Notes under the pieces: model-generated | Databases searched by the model: none | Told to the model about the DNA's origin: nothing | What the model saw: only the letters and a program-made list of their open reading frames with translations | Program-made: the position numbers and the translations under genes | Source: an uncultured bacterium | GTDB taxonomy: Bacteria; Oederibacteriota; JAAXVQ01; JAUVAV01 | Length of the DNA: 64,000 nt | Direction: 5' to 3' | Assembly (NCBI GenBank): GCA_963710755.1 | Contig: CAVQBK010000003.1 | Coordinates: 32,001 to 96,000 of the forward strand | Shown here: positions 9,850 through 19,628 of the stretch, piece by piece | Numbering within the stretch: the first letter of the stretch is position 1 | How the letters are laid out: the number at the start of each line of letters is the position of its first letter

Positions 9850-9885
9850 AAACGCCTCTCTCTGTAAAGAGGGAGGCGTTTTTTT
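9850..9885 (+). terminator. Rho-independent terminator
   Basis: AAACGCCTCTCTCT-gtaa-AGAGGGAGGCGTTT hairpin ending in a T7 tract on the + strand. Confidence 0.85.
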
Positions 9886-10032
9886 ACGGTCACCACACCT
9901 CATTTATCATCAGCCTTGAGCTTATTTAGGTGCCCCCACCGATTGGATCCAACCGCAGTATGGAAATGGCTTGAAAATGTCAGGGGAATCTTTAATTGGA
10001 AAAGTTAAAAAAATTAAAATCCTTCCACCTTC

Positions 10033-11319
10033 CTATTCCCTCACCGGCAAGCGCAGGACAAAGACCGCCCCGTGAGGGTCTTGCCGGTCCAACTCTATCG
10101 AGCCATCCATCTCTTCCATGAGATGTTTGACCATGAACAACCCCAAGCCCGAGCCTTGCGGTCTGGTGGTGTAAAAGGGTTCGAATATTTTTTCCGCCGC
10201 GCCCTGGGCAATGCCGGGACCATTGTCGGCTACCATCATCTGCACCCACGGCTGCTTGGGTTCATGCTGGGCCGTAATGCTGACCTGGCCTTGGGCTTCC
10301 AGATGATCGTAAGCATTGAGCAGTAGGTTGATCAGCACCCTTTGCAATTGTTCCTCATCCATCCACACCGGAGGCAAGCCTTCCGGCAAGTTGTTGATGA
10401 TAGTCAGGCCTTTATGATCATATTTTTTAGAGACAAAGGTCAGCACGCGATTCAACGCCTGCTCCAAGGGAAAGGCAGTAATCGTTAATTGCACCGGCCG
10501 GGCAAAATTCATGAGCGCTTTGATGGTTTGATCCACACTGTGCACATTGCTCAGCATGGTTTCAAAATGCCGCCGATCCGGATGTTCTGGTGCCATGGCT
10601 TCAAAGCTTAATTGCAGGGATGTGCCGATGATGGTCAGCGGATTCCTGATCTCATGCGCCACGCTGGCTGCCAGCTTGCCCACCAAGGCCATCTTCTCTG
10701 CCCGCTTCAAATGATTCTGCGTATTCTGCAGTTTGGTCATCATCAATTCCAGATGCGCGTTTTGCTGCTGGAGCTGATAAATATAGTAGGCGCTTTCAAT
10801 GGCCTGGGCGGCAAAGGCCAGATAAAGACGAAACAACTCCTGGGCAACCGGGCTGTTTAAGAATGGTTGCTCCGCAGACAGGGTTAAATAGCCAATAATC
10901 TTTTCGCGAATACGAATCGGCAGGATAACATAGTTGTCAAAATCAGCGGCAGCCAGTTGATTTAGGAGGGGATGGCCGGAGGGAGATTGGAATTCATTTT
11001 TTATCTGATCATAACTGTCATTGATAACCGAGGCGCGCACCGGCTGTTGCAGATAACGGGTGATGACATCCTCCGGCATATGACGAACAGCGGTGATCTC
11101 CAGTTCCCCGGTTCGTTTGTTGACCATCAAAAGACCACCGGCTTGAGCTCGGCTCAGCGCGACTGCTTTTTCCACCAGAATATTGCTTAAGCGGCCAAAA
11201 TCTTCCTTGTGATCAATGGCATTGATGGTTGCAAAGGCATCATTGATTTCTTCCAGCGTCGGGGCCATTATAGGTGGCCCCACAGCCGGATGGGTCACAT
11301 CTTTGGTCAAGGCCATCAC
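10033..11319 (-). CDS. GAF-domain sensor histidine kinase
   Basis: H-box VAHEIRNPL, N-box NLLLNA, DNGPGI, FEPFYTT, GSGLGL; N-terminal GAF-like domain. Confidence 0.92.
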   Translation of the reverse strand: MMALTKDVTHPAVGPPIMAPTLEEINDAFATINAIDHKEDFGRLSNILVEKAVALSRAQAGGLLMVNKRTGELEITAVRHMPEDVITRYLQQPVRASVINDSYDQIKNEFQSPSGHPLLNQLAAADFDNYVILPIRIREKIIGYLTLSAEQPFLNSPVAQELFRLYLAFAAQAIESAYYIYQLQQQNAHLELMMTKLQNTQNHLKRAEKMALVGKLAASVAHEIRNPLTIIGTSLQLSFEAMAPEHPDRRHFETMLSNVHSVDQTIKALMNFARPVQLTITAFPLEQALNRVLTFVSKKYDHKGLTIINNLPEGLPPVWMDEEQLQRVLINLLLNAYDHLEAQGQVSITAQHEPKQPWVQMMVADNGPGIAQGAAEKIFEPFYTTRPQGSGLGLFMVKHLMEEMDGSIELDRQDPHGAVFVLRLPVRE

Positions 11320-11587
11320 CTGCTTGCTCCTGTGGGTTGATCGTATCGTTGACTGATTTTCCCGACCTCATGACGCTTGAAAAGCCGGACACTGCCGCCC
11401 GCAAAGATTTAAACTTGGGCGACTAGTGTTATTATCGAACGATTGATCCTGAGCTTGAGCATCTTGACTCATTACAGCCTGGCCGTAGAGATTAGACCCA
11501 GTCCCCAGCAAGACCTGTGCTGCCAGCCTCCAGCTTGGTCCTGCCCGAGAAACAGCTTTATCACGTAAACCCGGGAAGCTTACCGTC

Positions 11588-11914
11588 TCAATTATCCAGA
11601 GGCTTTTCAATCACATCCACTTGAAAATCCGGTAAAAAATGCAAAAAAGATTGATCATAGGCAAAATAAGCATACCCTGGCAAATGCGCCACTTCATTTA
11701 ATTTCAACAATTCTTTGAAGACCAACCCTGCCCGTCCGCCATCAGACGGGAAAAGATCTTCTTCACGGGCAATAGTAATAGCCGGTTTATTTAAAATGCC
11801 GCTTATCATTTCTTTCATAAATCTCCGGGTCAACGTTGACTTGCCTAGCTCAGCTTTGATCCTCTCGTTAAGCTCTTTTTTACTTTTTTTATCCAATATA
11901 AAAGGTTTGGTCAT
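11588..11914 (-). CDS. Hypothetical protein
   Basis: 108-aa ORF with GAGGTG RBS and an upstream sigma54 site. Confidence 0.6.
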   Translation of the reverse strand: MTKPFILDKKSKKELNERIKAELGKSTLTRRFMKEMISGILNKPAITIAREEDLFPSDGGRAGLVFKELLKLNEVAHLPGYAYFAYDQSFLHFLPDFQVDVIEKPLDN

Positions 11915-11962
11915 GATAATCACCTCGTTGCTTACTCATTAGGCATTACACCTTAATTAAAA

Positions 11963-11978
11963 AGCAATTCTTGTGCCA
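11963..11978 (-). promoter_or_regulatory. Sigma54 (-24/-12) promoter
   Basis: TGGCACAAGAATTGCT on the - strand (GG-N10-GC), about 50 bp before the 11914 start, with AT-rich upstream DNA. Confidence 0.7.
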
Positions 11979-12071
11979 TTTCATATCTGTTTTAATTCAA
12001 CGTTTTTGGTGTCACTACTGTTTCAACCATCATTAATTGTTTCAATATCGGAGACCATGCAACAATCCCGG

Positions 12072-12974
12072 CTACCGGCTCCAGCTGTAATGCGACGGTT
12101 GTTCCCTAAACTCCGCATACTCTTCATTGGCTTTCAGCGGACCCTGATAAGCCATCAGCCGCGCCACCCGCGCCCCTGTGTCCGGATGAGTACTGAGCCA
12201 GGTGGGTTGATGATGATAGGGGAATAAAAGCCGGGAAAAAATGGCTTTATTTCTGTAATCAATTTTTAAAAGCGCACTTGCTAACCCTTTGGGATCATGC
12301 GTAATCTCCACTCCCAAACGGTCGGCTTCAAATTCGCGCGTCCGCGAGAGTCCCAGTTCCACCAACGTACTCAACACTGGCGCAACCATTAACAACACCA
12401 GTACCACCCATGGCACATTCACCCATCCCAACAGAATGAGGGGAATATTGATGAACACCAATACCTGTCCAAACAAAGCCATGATCTTGGTAATTTGGCT
12501 GATGCGGCTGGCAAACGTTCGCAACCGAATATCCTTGTTTTTAATATGCCCGATTTCATGGGCCAATACCCCTTGCAACTCCCGTTCGTTCAAGAGACCC
12601 AATAATCCTTGGCTTGCAGCCAAAGCCAAGTCATCTTCCTGTCCCAGGGTAAAGGCTGTGTACTCCTGGGTAGGTAAAAGATACACTCTGGGCCGGGCCC
12701 TTACGCCCGCTTTTAACAGCAATTCATTGATCAGAACATACAGTCCCGGGGCCTGTACCGGATCCAGAGGCGTTGCCCGTTGCCAGCGCAAAATCCACTC
12801 CGACGGCAGGGCAGGACTCCAAACCACCAGCACCAAACCCAACCCGGTCATCCATAACAATCCCTGCCAACCTAACAAAGTATAGCCGATCACAGCGAAC
12901 AGGCCGGCCAAGCTTAATAAAAGAAAAAAAGTGTGAAGCAAATTCCTTGCTTTCACATTAAATCGTGCGCTCAT
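12072..12974 (-). CDS. htpX: M48 family zinc metalloprotease HtpX
   Basis: ELQGVLAHEIGHIKNKD (HExxH), SRTREFEAD, STHP.T..R; 4 TM segments. Confidence 0.88.
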   Translation of the reverse strand: MSARFNVKARNLLHTFFLLLSLAGLFAVIGYTLLGWQGLLWMTGLGLVLVVWSPALPSEWILRWQRATPLDPVQAPGLYVLINELLLKAGVRARPRVYLLPTQEYTAFTLGQEDDLALAASQGLLGLLNERELQGVLAHEIGHIKNKDIRLRTFASRISQITKIMALFGQVLVFINIPLILLGWVNVPWVVLVLLMVAPVLSTLVELGLSRTREFEADRLGVEITHDPKGLASALLKIDYRNKAIFSRLLFPYHHQPTWLSTHPDTGARVARLMAYQGPLKANEEYAEFREQPSHYSWSR

Positions 12975-13184
12975 TTTTGCTACCTGCTTTCCGAAGCAAC
13001 AAAAATCTTCTTGCCTCATTTCTTTGGACCGCTGGGGGTGGGTTAATGTTCTAAAGGGTTGCTATTGGCTACTTTGACACCATAAAGGGCATTATCCAAA
13101 CTTTTGGGTTGGTTAATCTTTTTTTTACATATTGATCGGCCCTAGCTGCCGATACTTATTTATCTCATAAGGCAGGTGGCGGAC

Positions 13185-14135
13185 ATGAAACAACTAATAC
13201 CCCTTATCACGGTGGCCTTATTGCTGCAGGGACTGGCTGTTCAAGGCGCGGAAAAAACGCTCACTCAGCTCAAGCTGGAAGCACAAAGCAATTCCCTTAG
13301 TGCTACTGTGTTTTATGAACTGGGCAAAGCCTACGCCCAAGAGCAACATATGGGCGACGCGCTGCGGGCCTTGGACCGGGCAGTGGAATTAAACCCGTCC
13401 TATGCAAAAGCCTGGTATACCCGCGGCGTGGTACTAAAAACGCAGAAGCGACCTGATGAAGCGATCGAGAGCTTTCAACAGGCGCTTAAACACAAGCCGC
13501 GCTATGCCAAGGCTCATTACGGGTTGGGCATGATGTATTATGAGCAGAAAAATTTCAGTGAGGCAGCAGGCGCTTTCAGACAGGCCGTCAAGTATAGGAA
13601 GAAATTTTCCGAGGGGTATTATTACCTGGGACTGGCGCGCTTTTTTGCAGGCCAATATGCTCTGGCCATCACTGCCTACCAGGCAGCTCTGCAGGCGGGC
13701 AAAAAAGACTTTAATCTGTACTACAACTTGGGCATTGCTTATCAGAAAAAGGGCGATGCCAAAAACGCTATTGCCCAATACTTGAAAGCCGTAAAGCTTA
13801 AAGCCGACGATCCGGCGCCCTGGAACCAGCTGGGCATGGCCTACTGTGTAACCGGCGCTTACCGTTCGGCCCAATCACCTTTTGAGAAAGCCCTGGCCTT
13901 GGATGACGGACAGGCAGAAGCGCTCTATGGGCTGGGGCTGGTCTTTCTTAAAACCAACCGCCTTGATCAGGCCAAAGCTCAAGTGGAGCTGCTAAAACAC
14001 CGCGATCCCGGCCTGGCCAAAGAGCTGCAGAAAAAGATAGAGCCTCCGTCCAAGACCGCTCCCGTGCCGGTCAAAAAAAGCAAGCGCAGCCACAAGCCGA
14101 CTAAAAAACACAGATCACCGACGTCTAAAAAATAA
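13185..14135 (+). CDS. Secreted tetratricopeptide-repeat protein
   Basis: Signal peptide, about 7 TPR units (AKAWYTRG, AKAHYGLG, YYNLG), Lys-rich tail. Confidence 0.9.
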   Translation: MKQLIPLITVALLLQGLAVQGAEKTLTQLKLEAQSNSLSATVFYELGKAYAQEQHMGDALRALDRAVELNPSYAKAWYTRGVVLKTQKRPDEAIESFQQALKHKPRYAKAHYGLGMMYYEQKNFSEAAGAFRQAVKYRKKFSEGYYYLGLARFFAGQYALAITAYQAALQAGKKDFNLYYNLGIAYQKKGDAKNAIAQYLKAVKLKADDPAPWNQLGMAYCVTGAYRSAQSPFEKALALDDGQAEALYGLGLVFLKTNRLDQAKAQVELLKHRDPGLAKELQKKIEPPSKTAPVPVKKSKRSHKPTKKHRSPTSKK

Positions 14136-14148
14136 ACAGGAGACGGGG

Positions 14149-14955
14149 TTACATTTTATCCAATTTTTTCAAGTCATCGTCTTTGCCCACGATCACCAAG
14201 GTATCGTCTTTACCCACCTCATGGTCCGGTGTAATCATCACGTCGTAATAAGACGATTCATGGCCAACGCCGTCGCTGTCGATTTCCAGTTTACGATGTT
14301 TAATGGCAATAACATTGACATTGAATTTTTTCCTGAACTCAGTCTCACGCAGAGTCTTGCCGACCACATCTTCCGGAGCCGGTACTTCCACCACTGATAT
14401 ACCCTCTGACAGCTGAAAGTAATTAAGCACCCGCGCTGCCGTTAATTCTCCCACCAGGTCAATGGCAGCCTCCCGTTCCGGAAACACCACCCGGGTGGCA
14501 CCCACTTTATCGAGCACTTTGGCGTGGAGCACATTGGTGGCCTTGGCAATGACTTCGGACACACCCAATTCTTTGAGGATCATGACCGCCATCACCGAGG
14601 CTTCAATACTTTCACCAATGGAAACAATGGCCGTGTCCACGTCGGCAATGCCGGCCGCGCGCAAGGCTTTCTCGTCAGTCACATCGGCGGTCATGCTCTG
14701 GGTCACCAGATCCGACATTTCTTCCACCCGTTCGGCATCGCTGTCAATAGCCAACACCTCGGTCTTGGCACGGATAAGCGCCTCCGCCACATGTTGCCCA
14801 AAATTACCCAGTCCCAGCACGGCAAAGGATTTTCTTTTTTTCGTCTCCATGCGGGTAGACAAAGGCCGCACGCTTTTTAACCATTCGTCAAATTTAAACC
14901 AATCCAGGTCTTCCTTGGATTTTTTAACCACCTTTTTCCTTTTAGGTGTGCTCAT
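14149..14955 (-). CDS. ktrA: Ktr/Trk K+ uptake regulatory RCK subunit
   Basis: FAVLGLGNFG, VIAKA, VVFPER, TrkA_C domain; ATGA-coupled to ktrB. Confidence 0.9.
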   Translation of the reverse strand: MSTPKRKKVVKKSKEDLDWFKFDEWLKSVRPLSTRMETKKRKSFAVLGLGNFGQHVAEALIRAKTEVLAIDSDAERVEEMSDLVTQSMTADVTDEKALRAAGIADVDTAIVSIGESIEASVMAVMILKELGVSEVIAKATNVLHAKVLDKVGATRVVFPEREAAIDLVGELTAARVLNYFQLSEGISVVEVPAPEDVVGKTLRETEFRKKFNVNVIAIKHRKLEIDSDGVGHESSYYDVMITPDHEVGKDDTLVIVGKDDDLKKLDKM

Positions 14956-16322
14956 CCTATACTCACTCTCCCCTCGGGGTATTTCAGTTGCGGATGCTGG
15001 GCCTGATAGGCCGCAGCCAGACCCAGCGTCAGCGGTCCCAATCGGCCGATAAACATGGCCAGAATGACAACCAGTTTTCCGGCCATGGAAAAGTTGGCCG
15101 ACAAGCTCTCGGCCGCTCCGTCCCCCACGGAAAGACCCACCGTGCCCAGGGCCGAGGCCACTTCAAACATGACCTTGATGACATGCTCGTGTTCAATAAT
15201 CACCAGCAGCAACGTCAGCAGGCCCAGAATAAACCCCATGGCCACCATAATCATCAGCGCCTTGAAAATAATGTTAATGGGAACAGTACGGTGAAAGGCC
15301 ACCACATCGTTCTTGCCGCGCAGCGTGCTCCAGACCGCAAATAACACCAATGAGAATGTGGTGGTCTTAACCCCTCCGCCGGTGCCGCCGGACGAGGCGC
15401 CGATGAACATCAGGGGAATAACCAAAAACAGGCTTTCATTAGGCAGACGGCTCATCTCGTCGATGTTAAAGCCTGCGGTCCGGCTAATGGAGGATATAAA
15501 AAAACTGTGCCAGATATCCAACCTGGCCGTAAGCATCAACCCCAGGGTGCCCGCTACCAAGAGTCCGGCTGTGGTGGCAAAAACAATTTTACTGTGTACG
15601 GAAAACTTGGTGCGTTTTTTGGTGATCACATCCCAAACTTCATTGAGTACAAAAAAACCAAGCCCTCCAATCAGGGCCAGCAGCAGGATGGTAAGCGGCA
15701 CCAGTGGTTTGTCCTGTTGACTTACCAGATTGTCGGAGAACACGCTAAAGCCGGCATTGTTAAAGGCTGAAATGGAATGGAAAAACCCGATGCCCAGGGC
15801 CTTGATCATTCCCTGAGTACGCACGTAAGGAGCGCTGATAATCAACGCTCCCACCAATTCCATGCCCAGGCTCATGGTCAATACGCGACGGATGAATTTG
15901 CGCATGCCTTCAGTGGTTTCCAGATTCATGGCCTGTTTGATGGTCTGGCGGTCATGAATGCTGATTTTTCTGCCCATGAGAATCACGGCCGCTGAAGCCA
16001 GCATCATGTACCCTAATCCACCAATTTTAATCAGCACCAGAATGATGCCTTGTCCCAGGGGCGTAAAGGCCGTGGCCGTGTCGCGGACCACCAAGCCGGT
16101 CACACAGATGGCCGAGGTGGAAGTAAAGAGCGCATCGATCACATGCAAGGGGTGGCCAGCAGGCGTGGCCCAAGGCAACATCAGCAACCCCGAACCCAGA
16201 AGGATTAAAAAAACAAAAAATAATACCAGCCGCTGAAAAGGATTGTACCCCTGGCTTTTGCCACCAGTGGCTTCCCTGCGGGCTGTAAACATGTCTTTAA
16301 TGAATTCTTCGGTTGATTTCAT
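14952..16322 (-). CDS. ktrB: Ktr/TrkH K+ uptake membrane subunit
   Basis: TSTSAICVTGL, SAFNNAGF, RTAGF, MFIGASSGGTGGGVKTTT, SALGTVGLS, MFIGRLGPLT. Confidence 0.93.
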   Translation of the reverse strand: MKSTEEFIKDMFTARREATGGKSQGYNPFQRLVLFFVFLILLGSGLLMLPWATPAGHPLHVIDALFTSTSAICVTGLVVRDTATAFTPLGQGIILVLIKIGGLGYMMLASAAVILMGRKISIHDRQTIKQAMNLETTEGMRKFIRRVLTMSLGMELVGALIISAPYVRTQGMIKALGIGFFHSISAFNNAGFSVFSDNLVSQQDKPLVPLTILLLALIGGLGFFVLNEVWDVITKKRTKFSVHSKIVFATTAGLLVAGTLGLMLTARLDIWHSFFISSISRTAGFNIDEMSRLPNESLFLVIPLMFIGASSGGTGGGVKTTTFSLVLFAVWSTLRGKNDVVAFHRTVPINIIFKALMIMVAMGFILGLLTLLLVIIEHEHVIKVMFEVASALGTVGLSVGDGAAESLSANFSMAGKLVVILAMFIGRLGPLTLGLAAAYQAQHPQLKYPEGRVSIG

Positions 16323-16759
16323 GAGTTAGGTTCCAGAACGCGCTGCATGATCCTGCTGCTTTTAAAGCCCACGGCCAGCCGGTAACTCAGGCAATACCCG
16401 GCCGGATGCAGGCCATTGCCCCATTGGTCAAGTGCCAGATGATGGGCCAAGCCAAAAGCCAGGCCGATCAACCAAGCCGGCCCTATACCCCGCCAAGCCA
16501 GCAGAAGTAAAACCGGTACTGCCTCCCAGCCGTGAAAAGGAACCCAAATGTGTTTTTCATTGAAATGACGGTAAAAGCCCAGGAAATCCTGCAGCCGCAA
16601 GGAGCGCTGGCCGGCGATCACATAATCCACCAGATGGTCCAGATCCATAAAAAAACCTGCCAGAGCCGAGGCCAGCCCGGCCTGCCATGAATGTAAAAGT
16701 TGCCATAGAAGAAGCCCGCCTCCCACTGAGGCCAGGGCATGTACTTTAGGACTCATCAT
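16319..16759 (-). CDS. Small membrane protein, metal-dependent hydrolase-like (YdjM-like)
   Basis: H near the N-terminus, DLDH, FH.WE, HH.ALD; TM helices; coupled to ktrB. Confidence 0.6.
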   Translation of the reverse strand: MMSPKVHALASVGGGLLLWQLLHSWQAGLASALAGFFMDLDHLVDYVIAGQRSLRLQDFLGFYRHFNEKHIWVPFHGWEAVPVLLLLAWRGIGPAWLIGLAFGLAHHLALDQWGNGLHPAGYCLSYRLAVGFKSSRIMQRVLEPNS

Positions 16760-16769
16760 AACCTTCCTG

Positions 16770-18308
16770 TTATTTAAATAATTCGTCTGATTCCGGGATA
16801 TGATCTGCTTTTAGGCGCATTGGCTCCCAAGGATAGAAGGACAAGATAACGGCAATGGCTCCTGTCGCCACCAGCCATGTCACTCCGATTGACACCAACG
16901 ACGCTACCGGATAACCTTCGTATGGCTTTGCCAATTCGGTCATCACCGACCGTATCAGCATGACCACCAAAATCGCGGGCGTCAGATATTTAATCAAATA
17001 ATCCCAGCCCTTTTTTAATTTCACGCCTGTACTGACATTGATGTGCCGTCTTAATACAGCCGCCTTGAGCACATAGCCCACCACCAGGCTTTCCAAAAGC
17101 CCGGCTACCACCAGGCCATATTGGTTTAAAAAATGATCCACAATATCCAACCAATACAGGCCCGCCCCTGAGGTGAAAACCAGCGAACCCCCGGCACCCA
17201 ACAAGCAAAGCACGGTGACCAGCATCTTTCTGGACCATTTGAATTTGTCCATCAGCGCGCTGGTCATGGCTTCAATAATAGAAACCCCGGAGGATAATCC
17301 GGCGATCATCAAAGACGAAAAAAACAAAATTCCAAAGAGTTCCCTTAAATAGGGTAATTTGGAGATAGCTTCTGGAAACACCACAAACGCCAGAATTGGT
17401 CCTGATTTGACCACCTCGCTGATGGGTAAGCCTTTACTCTGGCTCAAATAGCCTAAAACCGCAAACACTGCAAACCCGACCACAAAGGAGTATAAACAAT
17501 TGGCCAGACTGGTAAGCCAGGCATTCTGGACCAGATCGCTTTTCTTGGGAAGGTAGCTGGCATAGGCGATCATGATACCGAACCCAATGGAGAGGGTAAA
17601 GAAGATCTGACCATAAGCCGCCATCCACACCTTAAGGTCGAGCAATTTGCTCCAATCAGGCTTTAAATAGTAGGCAATGCCTTCGCGTGCACCAGGCAGA
17701 GTGAGCCCCCACCCCACCATAATCAAGGTGGTGATGACCAGCACAGGCATGAAAATTTTACAGGCCCGTTCAATCCCGCGATGGACTTCACGGTAATTGA
17801 TCACCCAGGTGATCCCCCACATCAGCAGGGTAGCCGCTAAAATGAGCGGTCTAAGACCGCCCAACTGACCAGGCCCCTTGGTCAGACCCAAATAATCATG
17901 CAGGAAAAACTGCTGTGCATCAGCACCCCAGGCCAGATTAAAGGAAAAAACCACAAAATTAGCGCACCAGCCTATCACCACCTGGTAATAGAACATAATG
18001 CCGAACATCACAAAAACCGGCATCCACCAGCCCAGCACTTCCAAAGGCCGCTTGATTTTAGCGAAAGCCAACGGGCTGGACGCTTGCTGCTTGTGGCCCA
18101 AGCCGTATTCCAGTATGAGCAAAGGAATACCTGCGGTTAACAACGCAGTAAAATAGGGCACCAAAAAGGCACCGCCCCCGTTGGTATAGGCTATATAGGA
18201 AAAGCGCCAAATATTACCCAATCCAATAGCTGACCCAATGGCTGCCAACAAGAATCCCCAATTTGAAGAAAAAGCCCCTCGTTCTTGGCCTGCTGCAGTA
18301 GTCTCCAT
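16770..18308 (-). CDS. Sodium-dependent transporter, NSS/SNF (LeuT) family
   Basis: GSAIGLGNIWRF.Y..Y.NGGGAFLVPY, GQIFFTLS.GFG.M.AYASY, GP.LAFVVFP. Confidence 0.95.
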   Translation of the reverse strand: METTAAGQERGAFSSNWGFLLAAIGSAIGLGNIWRFSYIAYTNGGGAFLVPYFTALLTAGIPLLILEYGLGHKQQASSPLAFAKIKRPLEVLGWWMPVFVMFGIMFYYQVVIGWCANFVVFSFNLAWGADAQQFFLHDYLGLTKGPGQLGGLRPLILAATLLMWGITWVINYREVHRGIERACKIFMPVLVITTLIMVGWGLTLPGAREGIAYYLKPDWSKLLDLKVWMAAYGQIFFTLSIGFGIMIAYASYLPKKSDLVQNAWLTSLANCLYSFVVGFAVFAVLGYLSQSKGLPISEVVKSGPILAFVVFPEAISKLPYLRELFGILFFSSLMIAGLSSGVSIIEAMTSALMDKFKWSRKMLVTVLCLLGAGGSLVFTSGAGLYWLDIVDHFLNQYGLVVAGLLESLVVGYVLKAAVLRRHINVSTGVKLKKGWDYLIKYLTPAILVVMLIRSVMTELAKPYEGYPVASLVSIGVTWLVATGAIAVILSFYPWEPMRLKADHIPESDELFK

Positions 18309-18329
18309 AGGCCCCCCTATAAAATAGCA

Positions 18330-18360
18330 ACACAGGTTGTGAAGGGTTCACAACCTGTGT
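18330..18360. repeat. Perfect 14-bp inverted repeat in the NSS transporter 5' UTR
   Basis: ACACAGGTTGTGAA-ggg-TTCACAACCTGTGT. Confidence 0.8.
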
Positions 18361-18369
18361 CAGGAAAAA

Positions 18370-18398
18370 ATGATAGCTGTTCACCTCAGGCCTGTCAA
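18370..18398 (-). promoter_or_regulatory. Sigma70 promoter of the NSS-ktr operon
   Basis: TTGACA-N17-TATCAT on the - strand. Confidence 0.7.
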
Positions 18399-18510
18399 TA
18401 TAGAAATAGGTGCTGCCGCACCTTGCTGCAAGCTCATGGCAGGCGGTCTACCGGCCGATACTTAGCGAAGACCAACTATTGATCTTTGCCCGGTATCAGG
18501 GAGGAACATC

Positions 18511-19062
18511 ATGCCCAATTTAAAAGGTACGGATATTGTCAGCGTTAAAACCCTGCTTACCCAGGCAGGTGAGCCTGTACTGCAAGCGTTTCTCAAATCG
18601 CTGTCAGCAGAAGCCAAAACCCAGTTCCCCAAAATCATGGCTGTTTCCTGGGTACCGGTAACAATGGCCAGTGAGATTTTTGAAAAAGCAGCTCATATCC
18701 TTTATCCACACCAGTCTAATGCAGTGGAACCCCTGGCTCGGGCCTGTGCTGACGATCATTTTAAGGGAATTTATAAATTTCTGGTGCCTCTCTTCGCCTC
18801 TCCCATGGGGGTGATCAAGCGGTCTTCCAAGCTGTGGCGTACCTTTTATGATGAAGGTGAGGGATCGATCGAAGAGGAAAACCTGACTGAGCGCAAAGCC
18901 GTCTTCGTGGTTAAAGGCAATCCGGGATTAACCAGTGCTAATTTAGAGTTTATCGGCGGCTGGTCGGCCCGGGCTCTGGAAATAGCAGGCGCCAAAAAAG
19001 TCAATTACACCATCGAAGCCCAGGATCCCTCCTGCTGGAAATGGCGTTTTGCCTGGTTTTAA
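18511..19062 (+). CDS. Hypothetical protein, DUF2378/TIGR02265- or V4R-like
   Basis: GGAGG RBS; KG at the N-terminus, SWVP, LWRTFYD.G, GW...ALE.AGAK, C.W.F.W ending. Confidence 0.6.
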   Translation: MPNLKGTDIVSVKTLLTQAGEPVLQAFLKSLSAEAKTQFPKIMAVSWVPVTMASEIFEKAAHILYPHQSNAVEPLARACADDHFKGIYKFLVPLFASPMGVIKRSSKLWRTFYDEGEGSIEEENLTERKAVFVVKGNPGLTSANLEFIGGWSARALEIAGAKKVNYTIEAQDPSCWKWRFAWF

Positions 19063-19081
19063 GAAGCACCTAATTTAACCT

Positions 19082-19495
19082 CTACTCCCCCATGACTTTG
19101 ATCACCAGCCGTTTGGGACGCTGGCCGTCAAACTCCGCATAAAATACGGTTTGCCACGGCCCCAGATCGAGGTCACCATTGGTAATCGGCAGGATCACCT
19201 GATGATGAACCAGCAGATTTTTCAAATGGGCATCGCCATTGGTTTCACCCGTGTCATGATGGCGATAACCTTTTTTAAAAGGCGCCAACTGTTCCAGCCA
19301 TTCCATGATGTCCTGGTGCAATCCCGGCTCATTGTCATTGACAATCACCCCGGCGGTGATGTGCATGGCCGACACCAGCACCATGCCCTCTTGTATCTGT
19401 GATGCCCTGACGGCTTCTGCCACATCAGGTGTAATATTGATCAGTTCCTTGAGCTTCTTGGTGTTAAAGGTTTTATAAACCGTATGACTTTTCAT
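19082..19495 (-). CDS. yjbQ: YjbQ / UPF0047 family protein
   Basis: HITA..VND.E.GL..D, N.DAHLK, LGPWQ..FYAEFDG.R. Confidence 0.92.
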   Translation of the reverse strand: MKSHTVYKTFNTKKLKELINITPDVAEAVRASQIQEGMVLVSAMHITAGVIVNDNEPGLHQDIMEWLEQLAPFKKGYRHHDTGETNGDAHLKNLLVHHQVILPITNGDLDLGPWQTVFYAEFDGQRPKRLVIKVMGE

Positions 19496-19628
19496 AGGCC
19501 CTCCTTAAATGTTCCCGGCGCTGGTTATTATGGTTAGTGCGGTTGCCGGCCTGTCGACGCAACCGGTAAAATCGCAGGTCAGGATTGTTGGACATTCCGG
19601 CAGGCGCAATGCCCGGGACGGATTCCAC

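Noticed and set aside
9411-9929. Short ORFs over the structured region
   Set aside because: Four mutually overlapping ORFs with no RBS and atypical composition; structure plus terminator explains the region better.
14929-14946. PKRKKV as a nuclear localisation signal
   Set aside because: Chance basic patch in a cytoplasmic bacterial channel subunit.
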